Shown here piece by piece: positions 1 through 14,327 of a DNA stretch of 64,000 nt (within the stretch, counting starts at the first letter, position 1; every line of letters begins with the position of its first letter). Position numbers and translations under genes: made by a program. The notes beneath the pieces were generated by a model. It had not been told where the DNA came from. It made no database searches and saw only the letters and a program-made list of their open reading frames with translations. The stretch comes from Eledone cirrhosa (lineage: Eukaryota), in contig OZ024743.1 of the NCBI GenBank assembly GCA_964016885.1, forward strand, positions 287,804,001-287,868,000, given 5' to 3'.

Positions 1-160
1 CGACTGCTAATTCTGTACGTCCAGAATGAGCCGTCGAAACGGCTTGAGCTCAGCCGTCGGGGTCCTACTCGTTCCTATTACCCACTCTACTTACTAGCCT
101 AAGTATTGAGTACTTTGGTGCGTTATGGTCCACCTGGTTCCTTACCACATTTCCTTCGTT
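1..160 (+). mobile_element. Hammerhead-bearing non-autonomous element (family F), cut by window start
   Basis: Near-identical to 28880-29026; helix II remnant, then GAAA-CGGCT..AGCCG-TC-GGGGTC (3' half of a type I hammerhead), then a tail ending in (TA)n. Confidence 0.7.
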
Positions 161-883
<723 letters not shown>

Positions 884-1013
884 GAGGTTATATTTAATTT
901 GTTGGGATTCAACAAGCTTAAACATTTTCATAACTGATATAAAGCACTCAGCTGGAAGTGGAGTAAATATACAATATATTAACAAATGGAAACTATATTT
1001 ATAAAACCATATT

Positions 1014-1078
1014 TATTTATTATACATATTTCAAGGGCCACCAAGGCAAATTATGGTGCGCTTTCATCAGATAAAATA
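1014..1078 (-). ncRNA. Type I hammerhead ribozyme
   Basis: Reverse complement reads tattttat-CTGATGA-aagcgcacca..tggtggccctt-GAAA-tatgta-TA-ataaata. Confidence 0.75.
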
Positions 1079-1225
1079 CAATACAGATTTGTTTTATAAA
1101 TAAATATTGACATACCCTGAAAAAAGACAACCTTAACGGTTGGAGCTTCCTCAGGAACCTCCAACCGTTAAGGTTGTCTTTTTTCAGGGTATGTCAATAT
1201 TTATTTATAAAACAAATCTGTACTG

Positions 1226-1291
1226 TATTTTATCTGATGAAAGCGCACCATAATTTGCCTTGGTGGCCCTTGAAATATGTATAATAAAGTA
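1226..1291 (+). ncRNA. Type I hammerhead ribozyme
   Basis: tattttat-CTGATGA-helix II-GAAA-tatgta-TA-ataaagta; 8-bp helix I with one G:U. Confidence 0.8.
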
Positions 1292-1329
1292 AATATGGTT
1301 TTATAAATATAGTTTCCATTTGTTAATAT

Positions 1330-1381
<52 letters not shown>

Positions 1382-1469
1382 TACATAGACAGATATATAT
1401 ATAGATAGATATTTACATATATATATATATATTATGGGGGGGGGGGGGTTTGCTAACGTTGTTAGAACT

Positions 1470-1598
1470 CATTGTATCCTAAGATGGCTATTTTAGTGAG
1501 GAGGACGGCTGATTGAACATGAACTTCGAGACTACCATGTAGTCGAAATATCGATTTCCACCGTTCAATTGACCCTCTGAAACGATCGTAAAACAATG
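1470..1598 (+). ncRNA. Degenerate hammerhead with long helix II
   Basis: cattgtat-CCTAAGA(mutated core)..ggctgattgaac/gttcaattgacc..GAAA-cgatcg-TA-aaacaatg; insert ends in (CA)n. Confidence 0.45.
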
Positions 1599-1760
1599 AA
1601 CTCACTCTCTACCTACACCTGACTTCTGTATTTATTATTCAAACACACACACATACACACACCCACACCCACACACACATAAATATATATATTTATACAC
1701 ACATACACACACACACACACACAAAGCATATATATATATATTTATATATTTATATATATA

Positions 1761-2420
1761 ACCTGAGAATCCAGGAACACATCGTGCGGGTCATGTCAAC
1801 TTTGTTGTTTAAATGACTAGCCCTGCTTAGGTTGTTAGCAATAATTACTCCTAGGTCTCTGGTGTTGTTGGATATCACGTGGGTTTCACCCGAGGGAAGA
1901 GAATATGATAATTTCTGTTCATCCTCCTTTCCACAGTGGATTTGTACAAATTTATCGCCGTTCAGTAGAATATTGGATAACAGTAAGTAGGTCTGATTGA
2001 AGGCTTATCGAGTCACCCACTCCATCAATGACCTTCTGGAGTTTGGAATCATATGCAAAGACGTTGCTTTGCTTGATGATCTAATAATGTCATTGATATA
2101 AATAGTGAAGAGCAGTGGGCCTAACACAGTGCCCTGTGGGACGCCACTACAGACTTTGGCTGAGCTTAATTGCACTCCTTCGATATACAACATGTTGGGC
2201 TCTGTTTGGGGATTAACATCAATGATACAGCCCAGATCAGCCAAATCAGGTTTGCTGAAAACAGATCAGTATTGTTTCTGCAGTCACTCACCCATGGTTT
2301 TAGCATTGTCTTGGAGGGTGCCGTTTTCATCAATCAGAGGACCAACAGTGTTTTTCCCGCAAAGGGATTGAGTTTGATTTTCTCTATGGCCCATTCCTCC
2401 TCTGCATACACAATTACATA
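1761..2420 (-). pseudogene. LINE (CR1/L2 group) reverse transcriptase fragment
   Basis: Translation contains SGVPQGTVLGPLLFTIYINDI; frameshifted. Confidence 0.85.
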
Positions 2421-2439
2421 GGTGATCATACATATGAAA

Positions 2440-2620
2440 ATAATTGTTTCTAGCTTTGGTGCAAGGCTAGCAATTGGGAGGGATTAAATCGCCCCAGTAC
2501 GTTACTGACACTTTATTTTATCGACCCCGTAAGGATGAAAGGCCAAGCTAACTTCGGGGGATTTGAACTCAGATCGTTAAGGGACGTAACTATGCCGTAA
2601 AGCATGATGGCCGACAGTCT
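2440..2620 (-). mobile_element. tRNA-derived SINE (family 1)
   Basis: Contains ttttatcgaccccgtaaggatgaaaggc and the B-box complement gatttgaactc; about 20 related copies in the window. Confidence 0.85.
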
Positions 2621-2975
2621 TCACTCTCTCTCTCCCCCCTCTCTATCTCTTTCTCCCTCTCTCTCTCTCTATATATATAGTATATATATGTATGTATATG
2701 CGTGTGTGTGTACGTGTGTGTTAATCCACCCGTTATTTATTTACACATGTTTGCATTCTACTTAAGTCCTCAGAATCAACATCTGCCTCTCTCTCTCTCC
2801 CTCTATATATATACTTCTATATTTCTCTCGTTTTATACCTATATATACCTATATATATATATGTATATGTAAACACACACACACACAGAGACAGACACAC
2901 ACATATATATATATATTTAAATATATGCATATGTGTGTATGTATATATATATATGATGTATGTATATGTATGTAT

Positions 2976-3117
<142 letters not shown>

Positions 3118-3655
3118 TCTGTGTGTGTGTTAATTTACTCGGTATTTATTTATACATGTTACCATTCTACTTAAGTCTTCAGAAGCAACAACAATAATGG
3201 TGACGACGACATCAACAACAACAACAACAGCAGCGAAGATTCCAATAGCCCTATCCAACCCCTATATTTGTATATTTACTTTCAGCCCTTAACGTTCTGT
3301 TATCACTGGCATCTGGCTATTCCATCACCCAACCCCCATCAGTGCCGACATTTTATTTAGGTCTAACTTCTCTGACAGACCATACACTTCATTAAGAAAT
3401 TCCATACACATCATTCATATACATACATACATTTATACATACATATATACCAATATATATATATATAAACACACACATATTTATTTAAGACACTAACACG
3501 AACTCATTTATATACATATATACGTATATATATACGTACACGATAATGGGATCCTCGGTCGGTTTTGACGATGAACATTCAGCTATTCGATGACCAGAAC
3601 ATAAAACTAATGTGTTACGTGCAAAATGTTAAGTATTCCACTAATATGTGAAATA

Positions 3656-3713
<58 letters not shown>

Positions 3714-3902
3714 TTATCTAATATTGGATATGAATCGAAGTTGTAGCTGCAATATAACAGATACTAATCGAATTGTTTGAGATGGTTACAAAGCACTCAA
3801 CGCAGCGAGAAGTTAATACATTATTGCCCAGAATAAACAAAATTAAGAAAGTGTGATACCAAGAAAAGTGACCAAAAGCAGTGGCCATACTTATACCACA
3901 AC

Positions 3903-5278
3903 CAGTGGCGGACTGGCCAGGTTGCCCAGTGGCAAGTGGGCCCCAGGGGACCCACGGTAACATTGCAAGTGCCCACAGTAGCATTGCAGGGCCCACTGTA
4001 GTATTTTAGGGGCCAATGCGTTGCTTTAAAAAAAATACCTGAAATCTAAGCGAAAGAATAAATAAAAAAAACAAAAAAACAATTAAACAAAGCATTCGGT
4101 CAACCAATTCCCCAGGGAATTACTAGAAACCAAAATATATGATAGTGCAAATAGCTGGAATCAGTGGTTGTACATTCTACTAAATCTAAAGTTTAGTGTA
4201 TTCATTTATGGATGCAAACATACATATATAGACACAGACACACAAGCATATATATATATTTATATACTTACACACGAACTACTGACTAAATATTATTTGG
4301 TATCAATGGGTTAAAGACATCTGTCAAATCAATTAGTGGTGAAGGTGGTGTATATATATATATTCATATAGTAGGTCGAATTTGCTTGCACACCGCCAAA
4401 GATTCGATTTTACTAAGCCTCCAATTATACTATTTTCTCCTATATTTAATAGTTAACTAATTAATTTAATTAGACAATTCTGTTGATTGGTTAATTATTT
4501 GTGTTTGTTTAATAACATCTGGTCGAGAGCTTATTCTGAAAGTTAGCGGAAATTATAATATTTCCTTTGTCTAACACTTTGAATGACCCGCCAAAAACCG
4601 GAGGTTATTTCCCTTGTTGGAAATAACACGTGACAACTAAATGTCCGATTCGCTGCTGCTAGCTGCAACATTTAGTATTTCGCCCCGTTCTTTGGTAGAA
4701 CGAAATCCTGTTGATGAAATGAATCTCTGTTCGATCATGAATACCACGAGCTTGCCAGTTACGTAAGTCTGATATTTGATTTCGGATTCATAGAAACACT
4801 TTAAACGTATAACGTTTGATTTGTCCAGGTGTATTTTTTCTCAACCTGTTAGTTCTTTCGTTACTTTGGTATTGTGTGTTAAATTTTGCCTACCACAATG
4901 TTCAATTTGTCAAGCTATTTAAACGTATGTTATTACTATAAGGACCTACCTTGTCAAGTGCTTTGCTAACTCATTCATATAGTAGGTCGAATTTGATTGC
5001 ACACCGCCAAAGATTCGATTTTACTAAGCCTCCAATTATATATATATAAAGAGAGAGAGAGGAGAGAGAGAGAGGTACACACACACATATATTGAGTGAG
5101 TGTGAAAGACCAAAGGTCTTTATTGAAAGTCTATATTTCGCAAAATACATAATATCTTTTATTGGAGAAGGTAAGATGTTTTTCCGCAAAAATTTGATTG
5201 CACTCTGTATATGATAGCATTCTATATGTAGGTACCCCCCCTTCATCTGGCAACCGATATTTGGGATCTAGTCCGCCA

Positions 5279-5327
<49 letters not shown>

Positions 5328-5416
5328 GCCAATCATTGTAAGTTTGAATTTAACTGACATGCAAAAACATATATATAAGAATAAGGTAAGCCCAAATAAT
5401 ACTAGATTCAAATATC

Positions 5417-5447
<31 letters not shown>

Positions 5448-6210
5448 GATAGAGAGAGAGAGAGGAGGGGGAGAAATGAAACATGGATTGCAGTTTAAAA
5501 TGTAGGCTAGATAGTTGTGAAACAAAACGAGGATGTAGGTTATGGAACACCCAAATGATTTAGAAGTCGACCTTAAGTAAGAGCAATAACATTAAGAAGG
5601 ACATGAACGACACCAGAATACTTTGTTTTGAAAATTTTGAAAGTAGGTTCATAAGTTTGTATTTTCATAAAATTTTCGTAGTTACTAGAGACTGTGGAGA
5701 TCCTGGCTTTGGGTTCAATCCTGGTCAAGAGGTACATTTTCAGGTTTTTTTTTTACAACCAATAGAAAAAATCTGAAAAGGTTTTCTGGTAACCCCTACT
5801 CCCAACCAGGATCGAACTTCAGACCTGAATCACCACCGTCTATGATTCCTCCAACTAGGCCACCGAGACAGCTACAAAAGTATAGTAAAAATTGATAATT
5901 ATAAACCTACTTTCAAAATCAAAGTTAAAAATATGTGGTGTCGTTCATGGCTTTCCTAGAGCTATTAGTAATATTTAGGGTCGACTTCTGGTCATTATTG
6001 AAAGTCTCTGGATTTCGCAAGATACATAATATTTTTTATTGGAGAAGGTAAGTTATTTTTCCGTAAAAGTTTGATTGCACTGTTTTTTATCCACCTATGA
6101 ATTTTTCCAAAATGTTATTTATTCATTATAAAAATTAAATGATACCATTCTATATGTAGCTGGGCACCCTTCATCTGGCAACCAATATTTTTAGACCTAG
6201 TCCGTCACTG
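3903..6210. mobile_element. Non-autonomous hAT-like DNA transposon with nested inserts
   Basis: TIR cagtggcggactgg / ctagtccgtcactg; perfect 8-bp TSD accacaac (3895-3902, 6211-6218); extra copy of right end at ~5130-5281. Confidence 0.85.
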
Positions 6211-6257
6211 ACCACAACAACGATAAATACACATAGATTGAAGACTATCACGAGTCC

Positions 6258-6440
6258 TTTGGCAGTATCGTTAGAGAGTCGGACGCCTTGCTTTGCAGCA
6301 TAGAGTTACGTCCCTTTACGGTCTGAGTTCAATCCTGCCGAGGTTAACTTTGCCTTTCATTCTTACGGGGTCGATAAAATAAAGTACCAGTAATGCACTG
6401 CGATAATTGCTGGCCTTGTGCCAAAAGTAGAAACAATTAT
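6258..6440 (+). mobile_element. tRNA-derived SINE (family 1)
   Basis: tggcagtatcgttagag..gagttcaatcc..gcctttcattcttacggggtcgataaaat..gtagaaacaattat. Confidence 0.9.
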
Positions 6441-6741
6441 ATATATATTTATTATTTTCGATTAAAAAATTATTTTTGTTTTTATGCTCTAACCTGGTCT
6501 CTTATATCATTGTAATTAGAAAAAAAAAACTTTAATTACTCTCATATTCTTCCAAACTAGACACACATACACTCTCGCACACACATATGTAATATATTTA
6601 TGTATATATATAAGAACATTCAAGGATGGTAAAATATAATTGCATCAAATAGCACGCAGTGAGACCGATCCAGAACTTCGTGATTGTGAAGCGAACCTCT
6701 TAATCATTCGTTTATGGTTCATTCTGTTCAACACTCTAGAA

Positions 6742-7805
6742 CAGACATGTCAAACATGTGGCCCGCGGGCCGCATGAGGCCCTTTACAAGCACACCTACG
6801 GCCCACACAAATGTTTTTACAGCGCGAACATGTTTTATTTTTGTAATATAAAATAAAAAAATTAGTTGTAATGTGTGCAATTAGTTGTCGTGTTGGTCCT
6901 TCAGATAACACATGTGTGACCCATGTGGTAGTTGTCGTGTTGGTCCTTCAGATAACACATATGTGACCCATGTGGTAGTTGTCGTGTTGGTCCTTCAGAT
7001 AACATATATGTGACCCATGTGGTAGTTGTCGTGTTGGTCCTTCAGATAACACATGTGTGACCCATGTGGTAGTTGTCGTGTTGGTCCTTCAGATAACACA
7101 TGTGTGACCCATGTGGTAGTTGTCGTGTTGGTCCTTCAGATAACATATATGTGACCCATGTGGTAGTTGTCGTGTTGGTCCTTCAGATAACATATATGTG
7201 ACCCATGTGGTAGTTGTCGTGTTGGTCCTTCAGATAACACATGTGTGACCCATGTGGTAGTTGTCGTGTTGGTCCTTCAGATAACATATATGTGACCCAT
7301 GTGGTAGTTGTCGTGTTGGTCCTTCAGATAACACATATGTGACCCATGTGGTAGTTGTCGTGTTGGTCCTTCAGATAACATATATGTGACCCATGTGGTA
7401 GTTGTCGTGTTGGTCCTTCAGATAACACATATGTGACCCATGTGGTAGTTGTCGTGTTGGTCCTTCAGATAACATATATGTGACCCATGTGGTAGTTGTC
7501 GTGTTGGTCCTTCAGATAACACATATGTGACCCATGTGGTAGTTGTCGTGTTGGTCCTTCAGATAACATATATGTGACCCATGTGGTAGTTGTCGTGTTG
7601 GTCCTTCAGATAACACATATGTGACCCATGTGGTAGTTGTCGTGTTGGTCCTTCAGATAACATATATGTGACCCATGTGGTAGTTGTCGTGTTGGTCCTT
7701 CAGATAACACATATGTGACCCATGTGGTAGTTGTCGTGTTGGTCCTTCAGATAACATATATGTGACCCATGTGACCCTCAGGGGATCCTCAGTTTCACAT
7801 TCTTG
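6742..7805. mobile_element. hAT (Charlie-like) MITE containing an expanded minisatellite
   Basis: TIR cagacatgtcaaac / gtttcacattcttg, subterminal ggcccgcgggccgc, TSD ctctagaa/ctcgagaa. Confidence 0.75.
6882..7773. repeat. 47-bp minisatellite, ~19 copies
   Basis: Unit tagttgtcgtgttggtccttcagataacaYatRtgtgacccatgtgg; no spacers. Confidence 0.97.
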
Positions 7806-7991
7806 CTCGAGAATACAACTAAAACACCTGAGAAACTAACCCTTCTAATTCAGGTACAATTTCAGCAAAGTTCTGGTGAAAGGCAACCCCAGTACTTGAC
7901 TGGTATATCTTATCGACCGCGGAAGGATGAATGGCAAAGTTAATCTCGGCAAGATTTGAACTCAGAATGTAAAGATAAAGAGCCAGACGAA

Positions 7992-8022
<31 letters not shown>

Positions 8023-10297
8023 CACACACACACGCACACACATACACCCCCCCACCCACACAGACTCTAGCAATTTCTGTCTGCCAAATTTCATTTACAA
8101 CGATTGGTCAACCTAACGCTATAGTATAAAATAAAAGGTGTCACGCAGTGGGACTGAACACTGTACCACATGGTTGCAAGTAAACTCTATAACGACATGG
8201 CCCACTGTTATAAATAAATTAGCATGTTTTGTGGTCATTAAATAAAATGAGACGTTTTATCCGACGCTCTACCATTTCTGCCTATCTTCACTCTCACACC
8301 CGGCTAACATTATTAAAAACACAAATACATTAAAAAGTAGGAAGACTACCAGTAATCTCAATAACTCCACACACTGCACTGAAGCACAACGTCAAGTATA
8401 TGTAACAGTAACTCTTGCCTTCTGACAGAGTCAACTTTACCTACCTCTGCTGTGACCATTATACCAATCAATATACACATAATATACCTAATAGGCAGAG
8501 GCCGGATGTAAAATGTATGACTGTTAATTGGGCCAATTCAGATGTAAAATGTAGCCCCTCCCCCAAACTGTTAATTGTAAACGAGGTAGCTTCTTTTCCA
8601 GCTGTTCCAACCTATAGTCGGTGGACCCTGGGGTCGGAAAATGTAACTTGTCGATTTAACAGTCCTTTAAGAAAACCTGGAGTCCGTGGAAAAATTCGTT
8701 TCAATAAACGGTGTTTTTCATAATGAAATAGTTGAGAAATACCGATCGACGCTGTTGCTCAAACCACTAGAAATAGCAGCCAAATCTCCCATAACGTTGT
8801 CTCTTTCTCTCACAAACACAGAAACAAACACATGCATAAAAGGGAAGAGAATATTTGTAATGTTGTAATAGGCTCACTGTGTCTGACAAAAGGAAGGTGG
8901 CAGCTAGAGCGCGTTTTTGAATAGATCTGTTAATTCAGAGGTGACCTAGAGCTAAACACTGGATGAGGGGTGTAAAAATCACAGGAAAAAGTTACAATTT
9001 TTGCTAGGAAAAAATGGTTTAAAATAGAATTTATGCACTTTCAGTGTATTTTTTTATATCTTTATATAGATATAAGTTTACACTTTTACTCTTTTACTGG
9101 TTTTAGCCATTAGACTGCGGCCATGTTGGGCTGTTGATTTAGTCAGGCTTTGAATTCGTCAAAATGTGACTTTTTCTCCAGTGTTATTTTCTTTTCTGTG
9201 ACATTTTTACCTGTGACATTTTTACCTGTGACATTTTTACCTGTGACATTTTTTCCCCTTCAATCAATCCATGCTACTACCGCACCGTAGATGCAGGTTG
9301 CTTGAATGGTTATGAAGTCTGTTTCACAGTCCCGGGTTTGACCCTAATGCATGACATCTTGGACAGGTGTCATTTACTATAGCTCAGTGTCGACTCATGC
9401 ATTGTGAGTGAAATTGAGGAGACAGAAACTGCTTGGAAGCCTGTCGGATGGACTGTAATTATAATTTTAAGGACCATCTTTGTCCCACACTGAATCTCAA
9501 GGAAAATTATGTTATGGGTTCGCGTGCTTGTAGAAAATCTATCCACTTATATTATAAAACAATATAAGCTGTACTAGTAATTCAGAGGAACAACCACAGA
9601 CCTGTCAACCTTTAAAAAGCCAAACGGAAGTACTATGAAAAAAAGGTGCCCCCCCCCCCCCAAAAAAAAAAGGCGGGGAGAAATGAGTCAAATTGGGGAG
9701 ATTTTACATAATGAAAGCTATACTTATTTTCACTAGAGAAGGCATTTCTCACCCACCCCAAAGTGGGTGGGAGATCTCCCCGACCGACAGGGAGATTGAC
9801 AGGTTTGCAGCCATGCCACACACTGTCACTCCGTGGGATTTACGTTAAGAGTATATATGCATCAGTGGAATACTCAGCCACTTATACATTAATTTAATGG
9901 GTAGGTTCTTCGGTTGATCGAACAACCAGGACACTCATCGTCGAAACTGACGGAAGCTTATTCCACTACCGCATCACGACTAAGACTTCTACAAAAACAG
10001 CAACATTAACATCAACACCAACACCAATACATCCAAAAGCTTTCCACACATTCCCACTTCCACAACAACAGCAACACAACAACGACAACAACAACCCAAC
10101 AACAGCAACAACAAAAACAACAACAACCCAACAACAACAACAACAGCAACAACAGCCACAGCAATAACCCAAGAACAACAAAAATCTATCTATCTTTCTA
10201 AGGATCCTCATTTAACTCTCAAGGTTTGAATCCTTTATTTTCATTGTACATCTATCTAATCATAAAACACACACACACATGCAAACACACACACACA

Positions 10298-10423
<126 letters not shown>

Positions 10424-10685
10424 TACACACACACACACACACACATACACACACACGCATGCACACAAACGCACAGACACATACACACACTAACGTCAAT
10501 TAGGGTCACTAGAGGTCACGGAGCCCCCACCATCACCAAATAAAGAAAAAAGAAAGAAGGGAAAGAAGAGAGGTGAAGAAATGGTGGAATCGGAGTTAGA
10601 AGCAAAACATATCCGTGTTGAATTTAATTGATTTGGAAAGGTTAGAGGGACCATTTGGCTGTGGAATCCCAAGACAATAAACTGC

Positions 10686-10763
<78 letters not shown>

Positions 10764-10858
10764 GAGAGAGAGACACATATATATATATATGTATAGATAG
10801 ATATACACACATATACGTACATACATATATACATACAAATTTACACACATATATGTAC

Positions 10859-10917
<59 letters not shown>

Positions 10918-10979
10918 CGTGTGTGTGTGTGTGTATGTAGATATATATAAATATAATGTATACATATATAAATAAATAT

Positions 10980-11058
<79 letters not shown>

Positions 11059-11069
11059 ATATATATGTG

Positions 11070-11132
<63 letters not shown>

Positions 11133-11608
11133 ATATATATATATGTGTGTGTATATATATATATATATAAATATATATATGTGTGTGTATATATATATAT
11201 ATATATAAATATATATATATATGTGTGTGTATATATATATACATGTGTGTGTGTGTGTGTGTATAAATAAACACTCATATAAACACAGATATATCGTATC
11301 TTAATTTAGATATATGTGTATGTATATGTGTATGTATATATGTATGTATATGTATGTGCTTTTGTGTATATTTCTACATGTGAGAAATACGCGTGCAAGA
11401 GTATGCTTCTATCTAAGCGTGTTTATAAATATATACACTCACATACACACACATATCGGCATACATAGAGTATCAGGTGTTCTTATTAGCAGAACACATA
11501 AACACATATGTGTATAAATGTCAGTGTCTGAGGGTATGTGAGTTTATTATAAATACACCAGGACACGTACGCACACAAACACATATAACAGTTGTATGTG
11601 TGTATGTC

Positions 11609-11662
<54 letters not shown>

Positions 11663-11671
11663 GAAAAATTG

Positions 11672-11715
<44 letters not shown>

Positions 11716-11733
11716 GACATACATATATATATA

Positions 11734-11836
11734 TAGGGTGTCCCAAAAATGTATACACATTTCAACAACACTCCAAAAAATATTGCCTCTATAGGTATAC
11801 GTTTTTTTAGTGTGTATACATTATTTTGGGGCATCT

Positions 11837-11838
<2 letters not shown>
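11734..11838. mobile_element. Tc1/mariner-like MITE
   Basis: TIR-like tagggtgtcccaaaaatgtatacac / gtgtatacattattttggggcatcttg in TA context. Confidence 0.6.
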
Positions 11839-11889
<51 letters not shown>

Positions 11890-11891
<2 letters not shown>

Positions 11892-11986
11892 TAAAATAAC
11901 AGATTAAAGTTTAAGCAAAGAATCGCTGCTTTCACCCTTAACAGGATCTTCTGAAACTCAGAAGATCCCGTTAAGGATATATATAT
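11890..11986 (-). mobile_element. Short tail plus terminal hairpin inserted in (TA)n
   Basis: Hairpin ccttaacaggatcttctga-aac-tcagaagatcccgttaagg; tail matches 55378-55428 in reverse. Confidence 0.6.
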
Positions 11987-11996
11987 GGGATAACAA

Positions 11997-12453
11997 TTTA
12001 TCGTTATAGGTAATCCATTTAGAGGTTGTGAGTACTCTGCGTTGTGGATAGTTTTAACGTACGGCTTTGTTTGACTCAACAAGATGTTTCCATAGTTAGG
12101 CAGCGAGTTCGCGGTAATTCCTATGCAGGTTATACTTGGAGTAATAATACTGAAAGAATAAGGTAAAATGGTTGGCTGTACAACAAGGGGCTTTATTTCA
12201 GGTATTGACAATTGTTTCATTGATCAGGTGAGTCAAGAGGTCGCTGATCGCTTGAAGTTGCGTATAATATCTTCGTATTCTGTTGTTTTGATCAGTGGTA
12301 AATAATTGTTTCTAGGTAAATAATGTAATGAAGATCGAGTGACGCAACTTCGAGCGATTAGCGACCTCGAGACTCACCTGATCAAGGAAACAATTGTCAA
12401 TACCTGAAATAAAGCCCCTTGTGGTACAGCCAACCATGTTACTCTTCATTCTT

Positions 12454-12457
<4 letters not shown>
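11997..12457 (-). mobile_element. Fold-back element (family B) with hammerhead 3' halves
   Basis: Inverted arms ~12151-12262 / 12343-12457; GAAA-caattg-TC-aatacc at 12387-12404; related to 54499-54945. Confidence 0.7.
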
Positions 12458-12490
<33 letters not shown>

Positions 12491-12509
12491 AATTAGTATA
12501 TTTTCTAAC

Positions 12510-13093
12510 ATATATATACAGATGCATACCTATGCCAGCAAATATATAGGTTTTGTCTTAATAACTTTGTGGTTCAATAATATTGTGGTTCAATGCATGG
12601 GGATGCATAACAATAATATGAGAGACGTAAAATAAGAAAATTATAAAAATTAACTTACTTACTAAAATTTCACTCCAACTAATTAGTTTCTGAAAGGGAA
12701 TAAACGTAGTTTCCGAAGAAACGTACGGAGAAGCCTTTCGTCTTCAGGGAAGTCTATTTTCAGCTAAGTTTCCAGGCAATACGTGGACACAGGGAACTTA
12801 TATAAAAATAATTCAGTGGATGGAAAAAAGCAAAGCGTGGACTAAGTTCCAAACCATTGAAGAAATCACTGCCTACTGCGTCGGTGGCAAATTCAAAAGA
12901 ATCAATCACGTGACATCGAGGTCAATCAGTGTCCACGTATTGCCTGGAAACTTAGCTGAGAATAGACTTCCCTGATGACGAAAGGCTTCTCCGTACGTTT
13001 CTTCGGAAACTACGTTTATTCCCTTTCAGAAACTAATTAGTTGGAGTGAAATTTTAGTAAGTAAGTTAATTTTTATAATTTTCTTATTTTACG

Positions 13094-13103
<10 letters not shown>
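12510..13103 (-). mobile_element. Fold-back element (family C) with hammerhead-like cores in both arms
   Basis: ~175-bp near-perfect inverted arms 12616-12791 / 12928-13103; CTGATGA-cgaa..ttcg-GAAAC-tac-GTT at 12972-13016 (CTGAAGA in the other arm). Confidence 0.75.
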
Positions 13104-13141
<38 letters not shown>

Positions 13142-13179
13142 GAGACGTATAGAGATTGTTTTAGCAAGAAGCTAACGGC

Positions 13180-13345
13180 ATTTGGCACAAGGCCAGCAAT
13201 TACCCAGTACATTACTGGTACTTTATTTTATCGACCTCGTAAGGATGAAAGGCAAAGTTAACCTCGGCGGGATTTGAACTTAGATCGTAAAGAGATGTAA
13301 CTATGCTGGAAAGCATGTCCGACCCTCTACCGATACTGCCAATTC
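13180..13345 (-). mobile_element. tRNA-derived SINE (family 1)
   Basis: Matches the family consensus seen elsewhere in the window. Confidence 0.88.
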
Positions 13346-13668
13346 ATATATAATGAAATATATGGAGAATAGAAATGGCTGTGTAGTTGCTATTTAAGGT
13401 AACTTAAAATGCGGTGGGAATACGAAGAAAACAAGAACAGGGTTCCTCATATATAAATATATATATATATAAATGGAAGTACAGCATATTTGAAGCTCGA
13501 GCATCAGCTAAGCCGACGAATGCATTCAGAAGTGCAGCCAAACACTCGACAAGGTATACAACCTCAGAGTAATAACATACAGTTTAAAGGGCTTTGTAAA
13601 TTGAAGATAGCGACCGGTAATTCAGCCGCGGGGACCATAGCAACGAAAGAACTGACTCGCGAGAAAAA

Positions 13669-13782
<114 letters not shown>

Positions 13783-13854
13783 GTATACTATATATATCAG
13801 TATGTATACTATATATATATATATATATATATTATTTATAGAATTCTACCTATT

Positions 13855-14327
13855 TTGAAATTGAGGTCTAAATTGAGCTTGTGGAAGGATACAAATGAAG
13901 TTATTGAATGGTATAAAAATATAGATGATAAGAAAAACCATAAATTTATCCAGATGGACATAACAAGCTATTACTCTTCCATTACGCCTAACCTACTAAA
14001 TAAGGCTTTATCATACGCTTACAAACATACTGATCTAACTACGGATGAAATTGATATCATATTAACTGCTAGAAGAACTCTAATTAACTTCAACAATGAG
14101 GATTGGACCTGCTCAGATAGAAATAGAAACTTCGACATTACCATGGGATCATCTGATTCAGCGCAAATCACGGATCTTCTGGGGATTTTCATCTTAAATA
14201 TGATAAATAGAAAACTGCCGGAGATTACCGGTGGTTTATATAGGGACGATATTTTATTTACGGTTGTTAAACACAACTATATAGAACTAAATAGGGTAAA
14301 GAAAAATATAATTGAATTCTTTAAAAA
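13855..14327 (+). pseudogene. Penelope-like reverse transcriptase fragment
   Basis: Motifs [37 protein letters not shown]; interrupted by a SINE. Confidence 0.9.

Noticed and set aside
6882-7773. Possible CRISPR array
   Set aside because: Contiguous units with no unique spacers, eukaryotic context, no cas genes
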